From assembly GCA_036746235.1 (NCBI GenBank), contig DAIOEN010000005.1, forward strand, positions 7,879 to 71,878: a stretch of 64,000 nucleotides of DNA. Direction: 5' to 3'. Every line of letters begins with the position of its first letter. Position 1 is the first letter of the stretch. Made by a program: the position numbers and the translations under genes. The notes under the pieces were generated by a model. It saw nothing but the letters and a program-made list of their open reading frames with translations. It searched no databases and was not told the origin of the DNA. This stretch comes from Vulcanimicrobiota bacterium (GTDB lineage Bacteria > Vulcanimicrobiota > SpSt-956 > JAKJGF01). Below are positions 36,691 through 47,405 of this stretch, one piece after another.

Positions 36691-39600
36691 ATGAAGAATA
36701 AACAGACTAAGGAACAACACTTTAACAATAACCTGTGGATGGTTACAGGACTTCTGTCCTTACTTGCTATCCTGCTGGTTCTTGGTTTCTGGGAAGGTAA
36801 TAAGCAGGCGGCAGGCGTCGAGGCAGATATGCGGGAGCGATTGCTCTGTCATGCGACTGATATTGCCCGTACCATCAATTATGACCTGGCCAGAAAGCTC
36901 ACATTTACCGCTGCTGACAGAGGGATTCCTGCCTATAAGGTTATAACCAGGCAATTGACTGCCTGCAGTAAACGCATTAAAAACCGGGGTATTTTCAGTG
37001 TTGCCAGGCACGATGGCAGGCTTTTCTTCGGTCCTGAGACCTATCCGGAAAATGACCCTCTATCAAGCAAGGCGGGAACAGAATACAGGAAACCTCCTGC
37101 TGAAATTCAGAATATTTTCTCTACGGGCCAGCCGGCCACAGTGGGCCCCTATACAGATGAATATGGATCATTTGTTACTGCCTTTGTCCCGCTGCTGGAC
37201 GAAGATAGAGGTGATGTCATTATGGTCATCGGTCTGGATATTATGGCAGATGACTGGAAATCAGAGATTAACACAGCCTACAGGGGGCCATTTCTTACTG
37301 TACTTTTAGTATTCCTTTTACTTTTATCCGGAACACTGGCAGTCCGCTGGCGTAACCGGCAGAGATCCATGTCGGACCTGAGGTTCAAGAAATGGGTTGT
37401 TCTTCCTGTGGCCATAGCAATGCTGCTTGCCATGGCTGCTTTTATCTCCTATCATGGCCATCATGCCAGAGAAGAATCTCTCAGAAATATAAACCGGCTT
37501 ATAGGCCAGGCAAATGGTCAATGGGATCGCCTCATGTTTAATAATGTTCAGACCCTTAAGATGCAGGTAGATTACATCTCCTCCGATGCTGCACTGAAGA
37601 AAGCATGGCAGGAACAGGATCTTCCAGTGCTTACATCACTGTCTCTGCCTGTTTTCGACAGGCTGAAACAACAGTTCAATATTACCCAGTTTAACTTCAT
37701 AACACCGGACAGAACCTGTTTTCTGATGGTACATCATCCGGAAATGGGTGGGTACCGTATAGACCGGTTAACTTTACTGACGGCAGAAAGCACCGGTTCA
37801 GATGCATGGGGTGTTGAACTCGGCCCATTTGGGAACTTTATGCTGAGCTTTGTCCGACCTTGGATAAATAATGGCAGAACTGTGGGATACGTGGAACTGG
37901 GAATCGATACAGGAGATCTGCTAGATTCAATGTCTGTGGATATGGATATTGATATAGTATCTGTGAGCCATAAAGAATATATAAGCAGGGAGAATTTCGA
38001 GGCCGGTAAAAAACTCTTCGCCTTTACCGGTAACTGGGACGATTATCCGGATATTGTTGTGACCCATCAGACTATGGCCCTTCTTCCCGATGAACTGTCC
38101 AGACGATTAAAGGCTGGCTACAGTTCCTTTTATGGAAAAGATGCTTTTACTCTCCATCAGGGTGACAGTATTTTTGACTGTGGATTCATACCTCTGCCTG
38201 ATACATCAGGCCGTAATGTGGCAGATTTGATTATATTGCGCGATGTGACTGTTCAAACCGGCAATGCCCACTATGGACTTTTCGTGAAGCTGCTCCTGGC
38301 TCTGGTGTTTTTCTCCGGTATCCTGGCCATGGTCTGGTCTGTTACAGGAAGTGTGGAAGAACAGCTCGGTGCAGCTTTCGCAAAGATCCGGGACAGCGAG
38401 GCAAAATTCCACGACATGTTTACATCTCATTCGGCAGTCATGATGTTAATAGATGCTTCTACCGGCAGAATTCTGGATGCAAACCATTCTGCAGTGACCT
38501 TCTACGGTTACCCCCCGGACAGGCTCCTTGATATGAATATCTCAGATATTAATACCATGTCACCTGAACAGGTTGTAAAAGATTATAAAGAAGCACTTCA
38601 AAAAATACAGAATACTTTTATTTTTCCCCATCGCCTGGCAGATGGAGAAATCCGCACTGTAGAAGTGCATTCATCGCCTGTAATTCAACATGGCACTACA
38701 GTGCTTTTTTCCATCATTCATGATATTACAGAAAGGAAGAAAACAGAGGATGCGCTGAAACGATCAGAGGAAAAATACCGTCTCCTCATCGATAACAGCC
38801 ATGACATTATCTATACTATAAACCCGGACGGTGTATTTACCTTCGTTTCTGCCGGGTGGACTGCCCTTCTGGGACACAGTGTAACAGAAGTGACCGGGAA
38901 ATCATTTCACATGTTCATCCATCCCGACGATATTGAACATTGTCAGGCTTTTTTACAGAAAACTTATGAGACAGGACACAGACAGACAGGTGTGGAATAC
39001 CGGGTCGGTCATACCGACGGTACATGGCGCTGGCACACTACCAATGCCGTTCCTTTAAGGGATGAAACAGGTAAAATTATTGCTTTTGAAGGCAGTGCAA
39101 GTGATATTACAGAGCGCAGGCTTGCAGAAGATGCCCTGTATTTAAGCATGGCAAAACTTGAACTGGCACTTCAGGCATCCAGAATGGGAGTGTGGCAATT
39201 TAATATAAGAGAAAATAAACGTATTTTTGATGATCAGGTATGTTTTCTTCTCGGGATTAATCGTGCTTCCTTTCTGGGAACGGCAGAGGAGTTCTACTGT
39301 GCAGTCCATACAGATGACCGTGAAAAGATCAGGACAGCTTTGAAAAAAACTATTGAAGAGAATGTTCCTTACACACCTGAATACCGTGTTGTATGGCCAG
39401 ATGGGACTGTTCATTACATATCTACTCGAGGCAAACTATTATATGATGGTAAAGGTAATCCTGAAATGGTCAGCGGTATCATATGGGATATTACACCTCA
39501 GAAACAACTGCAGGACATGGTCAGATCCAGCGAGGAGAATTTTCGCAATTTTTTCCAGACTGTAGACGATATTATCGTTGTCGCCACAACTGACGGGCAT

Positions 39601-42600
39601 ATAATTTTCAATAATGATGCATTCATAAGAAAACTTGGTTATACACAGGAAGAAGGGAAGAACATGTGCGTACTGGATATGCATCCCGGAGAATATCAAC
39701 AGGAAGCAGAGATAATCTTTGCCTCTATGGTTCGCGGTGAAAGAGATTATTGTCCCCTTCCATTGCAGACGAAAGGAGGTATTTATCTGCCTGTAGAAAC
39801 CAGGGTCTGGCTCGGGGAATGGAATGGCCTGGAGTGCATCTTCGGTATATGTAAGGATCTCTCTGCACAGCAGGCCGCTCTGGATAAATTCCAGAAAATG
39901 TTCAACAACAATCCTGCTCTCATGGCAGTCACTTCTATACCTGAGAGAAAGTTTCTGGATGTAAACGATTCATTCCTGAAGCGCCTTGGATATACCCGTG
40001 AGCAGGTAATAGGGAAAACCAGTCAGGAATTAAGATTCTTCCATGATGATACATCCCGGCATTTAGTAGCAGAAGAGATTCAGAGATGTGGCCGTATAAT
40101 GGCTGTAGAAATGGAGGTTCGTGCCAGAAATGGCGAGGTGCTGGACGGACTTTTTTCCGGAGAGATAATTGACAATCAGGGAGAGAAGATGCTTCTCACA
40201 GTCATGATAGATCTCACTGCCCAGAAACGTGCCGAGAAATCTCTGAGAAGACTTATGGAAATGCAGGATATTCTGATCAATATTTCTTTAGAATACATAA
40301 ACATTCCACTCCCGGATATTGATAAACACATAAATGACTCGCTGAAAACTATAGGAAGATTTATTTCTGCAGACAGGGCATATGTATGTAATTATGACTT
40401 TACAGAAAATACTGTTTCCACTGAATATGAATGGTGTAATAAAGGAATTGAAACCCAAATACATGTGCTGCAGGATTTGCCGCTCCATGATATGGCAGAA
40501 TGGGTCAATCCACATAAATCTGGTGATTATTTGCATGCTAAAGATGTCCATGGCATGAAACATTCTAAAATGAAGGAAATTCTGGATCTGCTGAAAATAA
40601 AAAGCATGATTGCTGTTCCAATGATGTCAGAAAAAGAATGTATTGGTTTTATAGGCCTTGATTCCTTAAAAGAATACTATGAATATACTCAAAGTGAAAT
40701 AACACTGCTGAAAATTTTCGGACAACTCCTTGTAAATATTAAGAAAAGATCAGAATCAGTACAGATACTGCTTGAAACCAATATTCAACTTGAAGAAGCC
40801 ATAGCCCGTGCAAATGAGATGGCATTACAGGCAGAAATAGCCAGTATGTCCAAGAGTGAATTCCTGGCCAATATGAGCCATGAGATCCGCACACCTATGA
40901 ACGGTGTTATAGGCATGACAGGTCTCCTGCTGGACACAGAACTTGATGAGGAACAGAGGCGTTATGCCGGGATTGTGCGTACCAGCGGCGAGTCCCTCCT
41001 TGCTCTTATCAATGATATTCTGGACTTTTCCAAGATCGAGGCAGGAAAGCTCGAACTTGAGATGCTGGATTTTGACCTCCAGACCCTTCTGGAGAATTTT
41101 GCCGGTATGCTGTCTTTTCGCGCCAGGGAAAAGGGTCTTGAATTCATCTGTGCTGCCGCACCGGATGTACCGTCATGTCTTCATGGTGACCCGGGGCGAC
41201 TGAGGCAGATACTCCTTAATCTGGCCGGTAATGCCTTTAAGTTTACTGATAAAGGAGAAGTCTCAGTTATGGTTACTACTGTGTCTAAAACAGATACTGA
41301 AGTAATGCTGCGCTTTTCGGTAAAGGATACAGGTATAGGCATCCCGGCAGATAAGAAGGATATTCTATTTCAGAAATTCACCCAGGTTGACTCGTCTATC
41401 ATGCGTAAATATGGCGGAACAGGTCTGGGGCTGGCCATATCCAGACAGCTTGTAGAGTTACTGGGTGGTCAGATAGGAGTGGAAAGTGAAACAGGAAAAG
41501 GCTCCGAGTTCTGGTTTACTGCGCATTTTGCCAGACAGGCAGTTGCAGAACGTAACATGTTTCTTCCGGATGTGTATGACGGCGTTCATATCCTTGTGGT
41601 AGACGATAACTCTACAAACTGCCGGGTAATTATGGACTGGCTCCGGTACATGGGTATGAGGCCTGAAGAGGCAGGAGATGGTTCATCTGCCATATATGCC
41701 ATGGACCGGGCAACAGACAGAGGCGATCCATTTCAGATTGCCATAGTGGATATGCATATGCCTGGTATGGATGGTATAACACTGGCCGGAACCATCAGGG
41801 CAGATGAAAAACTGAAGGATATATATCTGATACTTATGACATCTCCGGACCAGAAATGGGATAACAGTCATCTGCAGGAGAAAGGATTTTCCTGCTCTCT
41901 GACCAAACCGGTACATCAGTGGCCCCTCTTTGAACATATCTCATCCCTGTTAACCGGTACTCCCATAGCCCGTCCCATGGTGACACAATTTACCGGTTTG
42001 GAGGCAAAACATATGGTTTATGATAAATTTCGTATCCTCCTTGCAGAAGATAATATTACCAATCAGATGGTAGCCAGAGGTATCCTGAAAAAATTTGGCT
42101 TTTTTGTCGATGGAGTGGCCAACGGTCTGGAAGCTGTCAGTGCTCTGGAAACAGTTCCCTATGATCTGGTCCTCATGGATGTACAGATGCCTGAAATGGA
42201 CGGGTTTGAAGCTACAAGGCAGATACGTAATTCAGAAACTCCGGTTCTGAATCACAGTATTCCCATTATAGCCATGACAGCTTACGCCATGCAGGGTGAC
42301 AGAGAAAGATGCCTGGAATCAGGCATGAATGACTATGTATCCAAGCCGGTTTCCCCCGGGCCTCTGATAGAAGTAATTGAAAAATGGCTGCCTGTATCGG
42401 CTTTACATGCACCAGGGGAACAGGAAGATAGTCCTGTTATTCAAAAACCGGCTGTCATGGTCTTTGACAGGGCAGGCATGATAGAGAGATTGAACGATGA
42501 TGATGAACTTGCACTGGATATACTGGTGACTTTTCTGGAAAGTATACCCGAACAGTTAGAGACAATTAAGAAGTATATTCTATCAGGTGACACAGGGGAG

Positions 42601-42786
42601 GTAAGGAACCAGGCTCACTCCATCAAGGGTGCGGCAGCCAGTATAGGGGCGGAAGCTCTGTGTGCAGCAGTCTCCGAGATGGAAAAAGCCGGCAATGCAG
42701 GCAATCTTGAAGACATATCTGTCATATTTCCAGAACTGGAGAAAGAGTTTGCAAGATTGAAAGAAGCCATTGAAAATAGTTTCTGA
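36691..42786 (+). CDS. giant hybrid sensor histidine kinase (two extracytoplasmic sensor regions, ~5 PAS, GAF, HisKA, HATPase, 2 receivers, Hpt)
   Basis: 2031-aa ORF. Four TM segments, repeated PAS signatures. [25 protein letters not shown] / [10 protein letters not shown]. Receivers [19 protein letters not shown] and [20 protein letters not shown]. Hpt [12 protein letters not shown]. Confidence 0.9.
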   Translation: MKNKQTKEQHFNNNLWMVTGLLSLLAILLVLGFWEGNKQAAGVEADMRERLLCHATDIARTINYDLARKLTFTAADRGIPAYKVITRQLTACSKRIKNRGIFSVARHDGRLFFGPETYPENDPLSSKAGTEYRKPPAEIQNIFSTGQPATVGPYTDEYGSFVTAFVPLLDEDRGDVIMVIGLDIMADDWKSEINTAYRGPFLTVLLVFLLLLSGTLAVRWRNRQRSMSDLRFKKWVVLPVAIAMLLAMAAFISYHGHHAREESLRNINRLIGQANGQWDRLMFNNVQTLKMQVDYISSDAALKKAWQEQDLPVLTSLSLPVFDRLKQQFNITQFNFITPDRTCFLMVHHPEMGGYRIDRLTLLTAESTGSDAWGVELGPFGNFMLSFVRPWINNGRTVGYVELGIDTGDLLDSMSVDMDIDIVSVSHKEYISRENFEAGKKLFAFTGNWDDYPDIVVTHQTMALLPDELSRRLKAGYSSFYGKDAFTLHQGDSIFDCGFIPLPDTSGRNVADLIILRDVTVQTGNAHYGLFVKLLLALVFFSGILAMVWSVTGSVEEQLGAAFAKIRDSEAKFHDMFTSHSAVMMLIDASTGRILDANHSAVTFYGYPPDRLLDMNISDINTMSPEQVVKDYKEALQKIQNTFIFPHRLADGEIRTVEVHSSPVIQHGTTVLFSIIHDITERKKTEDALKRSEEKYRLLIDNSHDIIYTINPDGVFTFVSAGWTALLGHSVTEVTGKSFHMFIHPDDIEHCQAFLQKTYETGHRQTGVEYRVGHTDGTWRWHTTNAVPLRDETGKIIAFEGSASDITERRLAEDALYLSMAKLELALQASRMGVWQFNIRENKRIFDDQVCFLLGINRASFLGTAEEFYCAVHTDDREKIRTALKKTIEENVPYTPEYRVVWPDGTVHYISTRGKLLYDGKGNPEMVSGIIWDITPQKQLQDMVRSSEENFRNFFQTVDDIIVVATTDGHIIFNNDAFIRKLGYTQEEGKNMCVLDMHPGEYQQEAEIIFASMVRGERDYCPLPLQTKGGIYLPVETRVWLGEWNGLECIFGICKDLSAQQAALDKFQKMFNNNPALMAVTSIPERKFLDVNDSFLKRLGYTREQVIGKTSQELRFFHDDTSRHLVAEEIQRCGRIMAVEMEVRARNGEVLDGLFSGEIIDNQGEKMLLTVMIDLTAQKRAEKSLRRLMEMQDILINISLEYINIPLPDIDKHINDSLKTIGRFISADRAYVCNYDFTENTVSTEYEWCNKGIETQIHVLQDLPLHDMAEWVNPHKSGDYLHAKDVHGMKHSKMKEILDLLKIKSMIAVPMMSEKECIGFIGLDSLKEYYEYTQSEITLLKIFGQLLVNIKKRSESVQILLETNIQLEEAIARANEMALQAEIASMSKSEFLANMSHEIRTPMNGVIGMTGLLLDTELDEEQRRYAGIVRTSGESLLALINDILDFSKIEAGKLELEMLDFDLQTLLENFAGMLSFRAREKGLEFICAAAPDVPSCLHGDPGRLRQILLNLAGNAFKFTDKGEVSVMVTTVSKTDTEVMLRFSVKDTGIGIPADKKDILFQKFTQVDSSIMRKYGGTGLGLAISRQLVELLGGQIGVESETGKGSEFWFTAHFARQAVAERNMFLPDVYDGVHILVVDDNSTNCRVIMDWLRYMGMRPEEAGDGSSAIYAMDRATDRGDPFQIAIVDMHMPGMDGITLAGTIRADEKLKDIYLILMTSPDQKWDNSHLQEKGFSCSLTKPVHQWPLFEHISSLLTGTPIARPMVTQFTGLEAKHMVYDKFRILLAEDNITNQMVARGILKKFGFFVDGVANGLEAVSALETVPYDLVLMDVQMPEMDGFEATRQIRNSETPVLNHSIPIIAMTAYAMQGDRERCLESGMNDYVSKPVSPGPLIEVIEKWLPVSALHAPGEQEDSPVIQKPAVMVFDRAGMIERLNDDDELALDILVTFLESIPEQLETIKKYILSGDTGEVRNQAHSIKGAAASIGAEALCAAVSEMEKAGNAGNLEDISVIFPELEKEFARLKEAIENSF

Positions 42787-42854
42787 AAAAGAATAGAAAA
42801 ATATAAACCTTTTATTTACAGGGATTCTAAAAAAGAAGAATTGGAATGTAAAGG

Positions 42855-42890
42855 ACAGGTGTAAAATGTAAATTTACATTTTACACCTGT
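42855..42890 (+). terminator. perfect 36-nt palindrome followed by a T-run (terminator of the giant kinase gene)
   Basis: acaggtgtaaaatgtaaa/tttacattttacacctgt, then atctttttattttt. Confidence 0.7.
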
Positions 42891-43071
42891 ATCTTTTTAT
42901 TTTTACAAATCTTTTTTATAAAACTTTCTGCTTATTAAGGGTAAATTTTTAGAAATGGCTTTAAAATTGATTTTTTCTGTCTTTAATTATAAGCTTTAAT
43001 TTAAATTAATTTTTTTGAGCTATTGGTATGATTTTTGCGTTTATATAAATAAAAATGCAGGGAGTAAAACT

Positions 43072-43482
43072 ATGATGAAATACAAAATTCTTGTAGTGGA
43101 TGATAATGAAGATATATGTTTTGTTTTAAAATCATATTTTGAAGAAACCGGTTATTCGGTACAGGTAGCAGAAAATGCTTTTGAGGCTTTTTCTTTACTG
43201 GAAAAAGAGGAATATGACATGGTCATACTTGATTATAATCTGGGATATGGCCCTACAGGACTGGATATATTTTATAAGATAAAGGAAATGAACCTTCCCG
43301 TAAAGATTCTTATGTCTACAAGTGAAATGGATGATAAATCACTGAATATGGCAATAGAAAGGGAAAATATAAGAGTTTTATATAAACCTTTCAGAATGAA
43401 CAGTCTGTGCAGAGAAGTGAATAATATACTGGAAACAGAAAGAGACAGGAATTTTACAGAGGAATTTTGTTGTGTCATCTGA
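43072..43482 (+). CDS. single-domain response regulator
   Basis: agggag RBS before ATG 43072. KILVVDDNEDICFV..MVILDYNLG..YKP. Confidence 0.8.
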   Translation: MMKYKILVVDDNEDICFVLKSYFEETGYSVQVAENAFEAFSLLEKEEYDMVILDYNLGYGPTGLDIFYKIKEMNLPVKILMSTSEMDDKSLNMAIERENIRVLYKPFRMNSLCREVNNILETERDRNFTEEFCCVI

Positions 43483-43495
43483 GAAGGGAGTGGAA

Positions 43496-43981
43496 ATGGT
43501 GAAAAATACTATAGTAAAGGAAATCTCTGACTTTTATATTTCCAGGGAAGAAGAGATAAAGAAAAAAGGTATAATACCATATCTTACAGTAGCAGGAGAT
43601 AAACTTATGAGATTATCCCTCTCTGAAAATATTTCAAAAGAAGATAGAGAAGTAATATATGGTCAATATCTTTATATGTTTTCTCAGGATATAGAAATGA
43701 TAGAAGAACAGAAAAAGTTATATGGAGAAAATTTGCCCGGTCCTGTATATAGCATTGTAACACCTGTTGAAAATAATATTTTACAGATTATGAAAAAATG
43801 TCTTTATTCAATAGATAATTATATTTTATTTATATGTGAAGAAGAAAAAGATGACGAACTTATTTTAGAGGCCATGGATATTTTAAAAGATGCTTCCTCT
43901 CTTGTTTATGAAACGGAAGATATGCTTGAGTTTGTCATTAGATCAGCAGAGGAAACAGATATTGTTATAAGTGAAGCATAG
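43496..43981 (+). CDS. hypothetical protein
   Basis: aagggag RBS before ATG 43496. Acidic 161-aa ORF with no recognisable motif. Confidence 0.45.
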   Translation: MVKNTIVKEISDFYISREEEIKKKGIIPYLTVAGDKLMRLSLSENISKEDREVIYGQYLYMFSQDIEMIEEQKKLYGENLPGPVYSIVTPVENNILQIMKKCLYSIDNYILFICEEEKDDELILEAMDILKDASSLVYETEDMLEFVIRSAEETDIVISEA

Positions 43982-44188
43982 TATGAAACTGTATGTAAAA
44001 TCAATCATATTTTATTATTGACCGTTATTGAAAAATATGAAACTTATAGAGAAATAACAATGCATAACTGGATTGAGGTTTACTGAATTGTATAACTGGC
44101 AGTCTTTCGAGACAGAACAGGGAAATTAATCGTAAGTTTTAAAATGAAGAAAAATAGATAATTTTAATCTTTCTAAAATAGAGTTCTT

Positions 44189-44288
44189 ATCGTTGTTTTT
44201 TGTCTGTATTATACCTGTTTTTTATGTTGTTATTATTAACATTTTTTTCAGGCATTTTATGTTATTATTATGATAGTAGTGTTAAAAA
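44189..44288 (+). promoter_or_regulatory. variant promoter module M (one TTAACA repeat only)
   Basis: atcgtt 44189-44194, tgtct 44201-44205, ~29 nt, attaaca 44235-44241. The second repeat is replaced by ttcagg. Confidence 0.45.
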
Positions 44289-44452
44289 GAATACATTCTG
44301 AGATGGATGGAGAAGAAATGTTATTAAGAACGGTAAGTAATGAAAAATTTTTTATGTTACCACTTTGTATAATAAAAACAGACTGGACTCATGAAGTTTG
44401 TAATACAGGAGAAAGGAAGAGAATATTTGAAGAAAACAGGGAATGTGAAAGG

Positions 44453-44923
44453 ATGTTTAAAGGAACTAAATACGGTTATAATAATAATTACATATCAAGG
44501 GATGATGAGGAATGTTTTTTCATAACTTCCAGGAATAAGTCAAAAAAAGGTATGTCTCTGGCAGAGATTCTTGTTGCAATCTGTCTTGTATCTACTGTTA
44601 TTGTTATTATAATAGGAACCATGATCGCAGGCCTTGAAGCGGTTCAGAAAGGAACAGGATACAATCAGGCTACCATAATAGCCAGGAGAAATATAGAAGT
44701 GTATAAATCTATGAAATATTCCTCTATACCTGTTAATCCTGATATAATCAAACAGGAACCGGGATTTACAGTAAAAACTGGTATAACAGAAAATACATAT
44801 CCTTTATCAGGTACAATAAAATATAAAAAAATAACTGTTAATGTATCAAATAGCAGCAGTACCGGGGCAAAGAGTGTTAATGTTAAAATGATCATTTATC
44901 TGTTTCCTGATTTAGAGAAATAA
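44453..44923 (+). CDS. prepilin-type N-terminal cleavage/methylation domain protein (pseudopilin-like); start uncertain
   Basis: KKG|MSLAEILVAICLVSTVIVIIIG matches the G/(F,M)xLxE + hydrophobic helix class-III signal. The start could be any Met in ORF 44270..44923. Confidence 0.6.
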   Translation: MFKGTKYGYNNNYISRDDEECFFITSRNKSKKGMSLAEILVAICLVSTVIVIIIGTMIAGLEAVQKGTGYNQATIIARRNIEVYKSMKYSSIPVNPDIIKQEPGFTVKTGITENTYPLSGTIKYKKITVNVSNSSSTGAKSVNVKMIIYLFPDLEK

Positions 44924-44955
44924 TAAATTTTTAGAAAAATGGAGGTTTGTATGTC

Positions 44956-46539
44956 ATGAATTCAAGAAATAAAAAACATAACCATAATGGTTTTGCTCTC
45001 GTAACGGTTTTGATGATGATAGGGCTCCTCGTCATAATGATGACAAGTATCATACTTATGACATCTGCCAGTCTTTATAATGTTAACAGACAGATAAAGG
45101 AGAGTCATCTTATTTCCATAGCAGAGTCTGCCATTACGGAAGTTACAATCAACCTGGATAATAATATAAACTGGGGCAAAAATAATGAACGTCTTTTTAT
45201 GCGCACAGGTAAACAGGATTTAACTGCAGGTGGTCTTATTCCTTCCAGTCTCCCCGTGATAAATTCCAGTTTTTCTTTTGATGATATAGGATGTTATTAT
45301 TATATATCATTTGACCCGAATGATCCTGCCTTTCAGTCAGGAGGAAATTTTTATTCTGTCAATAATCTTGACGGAGATAGTTCTGTTCCGAACTGGCGCG
45401 GTAAACCAGTGCCTCCCCATACGGCAGATATACTTATTACAGTGGGGAAAGATGATAAAGTAAAACATGTGGAATGTTTAATTACCGGCATGCCTCAGAC
45501 ACCATTTAAAAGTGGTTCCAGAGGTAAAATTAATATTAAATCTTCCGATTTTACTATGAAGAGTATCTGTAGTTCACCTGTTACTATCCATTCAAATTAT
45601 AACGACCCCAATGACCCGAATAATATTTCTGTGAATATTAAGTGTACTTCCGATATTAATAACAATGGAACTATATCCGGTTGTGCTGATGTTGTTTGTA
45701 AAGCCAGCGATGTAAGTGATCCCAATAGTATAAAGAGTAATCAGCCTTCTATTAATATACCTGCTCTTCCTGTGAGTACACTTATAAGTGGTATTACTTT
45801 TGAGCCTGTTACTTTACCATCAGGAACATATATAGCAGGTGCATCAAAACTTAAGTATTATAAAGACGGTAAAAATCCTTCTACAGATCAACCTGATACT
45901 ATATATTCAGATGGTGAGATTATACCGGGTGTCAAGCTTGATGGAAATGACTTAATTATCTCGAAAAATATCTCTGTAAATTATAATGTTACTCAGACAC
46001 CAGGCAGTACCGGTAATCTTACTATTAAAGGAATCGGTGATATGAATATTAAAGATGGTATGAGTATTTATGCACCTGGAGATGGATTACAGGATCCAAA
46101 TACAGGAACTTATAATTGCGGAAATATCGTTATAAATGGAGGTTCTGACGTATTATACGGCCAGGGGAATTTATACTCCACCGGTTCTATGACAGTTAAG
46201 GGAAGCGATATTCAGGCAGGTTCAAATAATGACAGTATAGCTATTTATGCCGGTGGTGATGTAAGTATAAATGTTGATTCCGATACATATTTTAGAGGTC
46301 TTATTTATAGTAACGGAAATTTCAACCTGGCCGGTTCTGATTTTACCCTGGAAGGTGCTATGATAATAGCAGGAAAGGACCCGTCTGTTGATCCGGCAGG
46401 AGCTAAATTCAGTCCAGGTGTTATAAATGCATCTCTGAGCTCCGATATGGATTACAGGTATAATGATGCCTGCCTTGCATCTCTCAGTGGAGATATAGGT
46501 GTCGGTTCATTTAAAATGCTCTGCTGGTATGAATTTTAA
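44956..46539 (+). CDS. large pseudopilin-like protein (PilX/minor-pilin-type N-terminus)
   Basis: ggagg RBS. ..HNHNG|FALVTVLMMIGLLVIMM. C-terminus ..MLCWYEF resembles the end of 47406..49283. Confidence 0.65.
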   Translation: MNSRNKKHNHNGFALVTVLMMIGLLVIMMTSIILMTSASLYNVNRQIKESHLISIAESAITEVTINLDNNINWGKNNERLFMRTGKQDLTAGGLIPSSLPVINSSFSFDDIGCYYYISFDPNDPAFQSGGNFYSVNNLDGDSSVPNWRGKPVPPHTADILITVGKDDKVKHVECLITGMPQTPFKSGSRGKINIKSSDFTMKSICSSPVTIHSNYNDPNDPNNISVNIKCTSDINNNGTISGCADVVCKASDVSDPNSIKSNQPSINIPALPVSTLISGITFEPVTLPSGTYIAGASKLKYYKDGKNPSTDQPDTIYSDGEIIPGVKLDGNDLIISKNISVNYNVTQTPGSTGNLTIKGIGDMNIKDGMSIYAPGDGLQDPNTGTYNCGNIVINGGSDVLYGQGNLYSTGSMTVKGSDIQAGSNNDSIAIYAGGDVSINVDSDTYFRGLIYSNGNFNLAGSDFTLEGAMIIAGKDPSVDPAGAKFSPGVINASLSSDMDYRYNDACLASLSGDIGVGSFKMLCWYEF

Positions 46540-46551
46540 ATTTTTTATTTT

Positions 46552-47319
46552 ATGATAAGCTTACAAAAAACATATTCTCTCAATTTTAGCTGTATAAAGA
46601 AAAAAAACGGTGTAACAGTGATAGAAATATTGATTGCTATCGGTATTTTTTCACTCCTTTTAACCCTTATGTTTTACGTTTTTTCAATTTCTGCAAAGAG
46701 CTGGCTTAAAGCCAGAAATACTGTAGACATAAAGGACAGTGGACAGATACTTATATGCAGAATAGAAAGTGAAATAAGGACAAGTGCACCGGGCAGTGTG
46801 GAAATAATTGATTATCCTTCCATATCAGATCCGAATAATCAGAGTAATGCCATATCTTTCCTTTCAGCCTATAATGATACGGGAGAAATACCTGAATTCA
46901 GTATTATTGGCCAGATAAACTGGAAAAAATATGTTATGTTTTATCTCGAAGATGATCCTTCTGTCGCTAAAGAAGGTTATTATCAGCTGTTCACAAGAAA
47001 GCTTTTTCTCGGTTCTTATACTGATAATTTTTCTACAGGTGTCTTGAAAGATCTCTATTATCCTCCTGATGCAAACTCTACTACTACCTATCCCATGGCC
47101 CATTATGTAGATCCAAATACTCCGTCTGATACATATCTTACCCCCAGGCGTCCTGTAACAAGGAATATAAAAAAGCTCAACTTTGTTCTTGATTCTTCAT
47201 CGAATACGATTAATATAGCGGTAAAGATAGGTAAACCGGTGAACGAAAAAGATGCTGCCAGTTCTGAGAGCCCTGAAACATGTAATTTGACAGGCACTGT
47301 ACTGTTGAGAAATAAATAA
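46552..47319 (+). CDS. prepilin-type N-terminal cleavage/methylation domain protein
   Basis: KKNG|VTVIEILIAIGIFSLLLTLMF. Confidence 0.65.
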   Translation: MISLQKTYSLNFSCIKKKNGVTVIEILIAIGIFSLLLTLMFYVFSISAKSWLKARNTVDIKDSGQILICRIESEIRTSAPGSVEIIDYPSISDPNNQSNAISFLSAYNDTGEIPEFSIIGQINWKKYVMFYLEDDPSVAKEGYYQLFTRKLFLGSYTDNFSTGVLKDLYYPPDANSTTTYPMAHYVDPNTPSDTYLTPRRPVTRNIKKLNFVLDSSSNTINIAVKIGKPVNEKDAASSESPETCNLTGTVLLRNK

Positions 47320-47405
47320 AAGTGTGATTTTATTGCGTAGCAAAACTATTATCGATCTTGCAGTCTTTCGAGACATATCGGATCTATTCAGTTAATAAGA
47401 TGATC

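Noticed and set aside
44099-47375. The 16-nt identical strings gcagtctttcgagaca flanking the three plus-strand pilin genes, considered as cassette boundaries.
   Set aside because: A single 16-mer coincidence in 64 kb, counting both strands, is not far from chance expectation. There is no extended similarity around the two copies. It is mentioned only as a footnote in the pilin finding.
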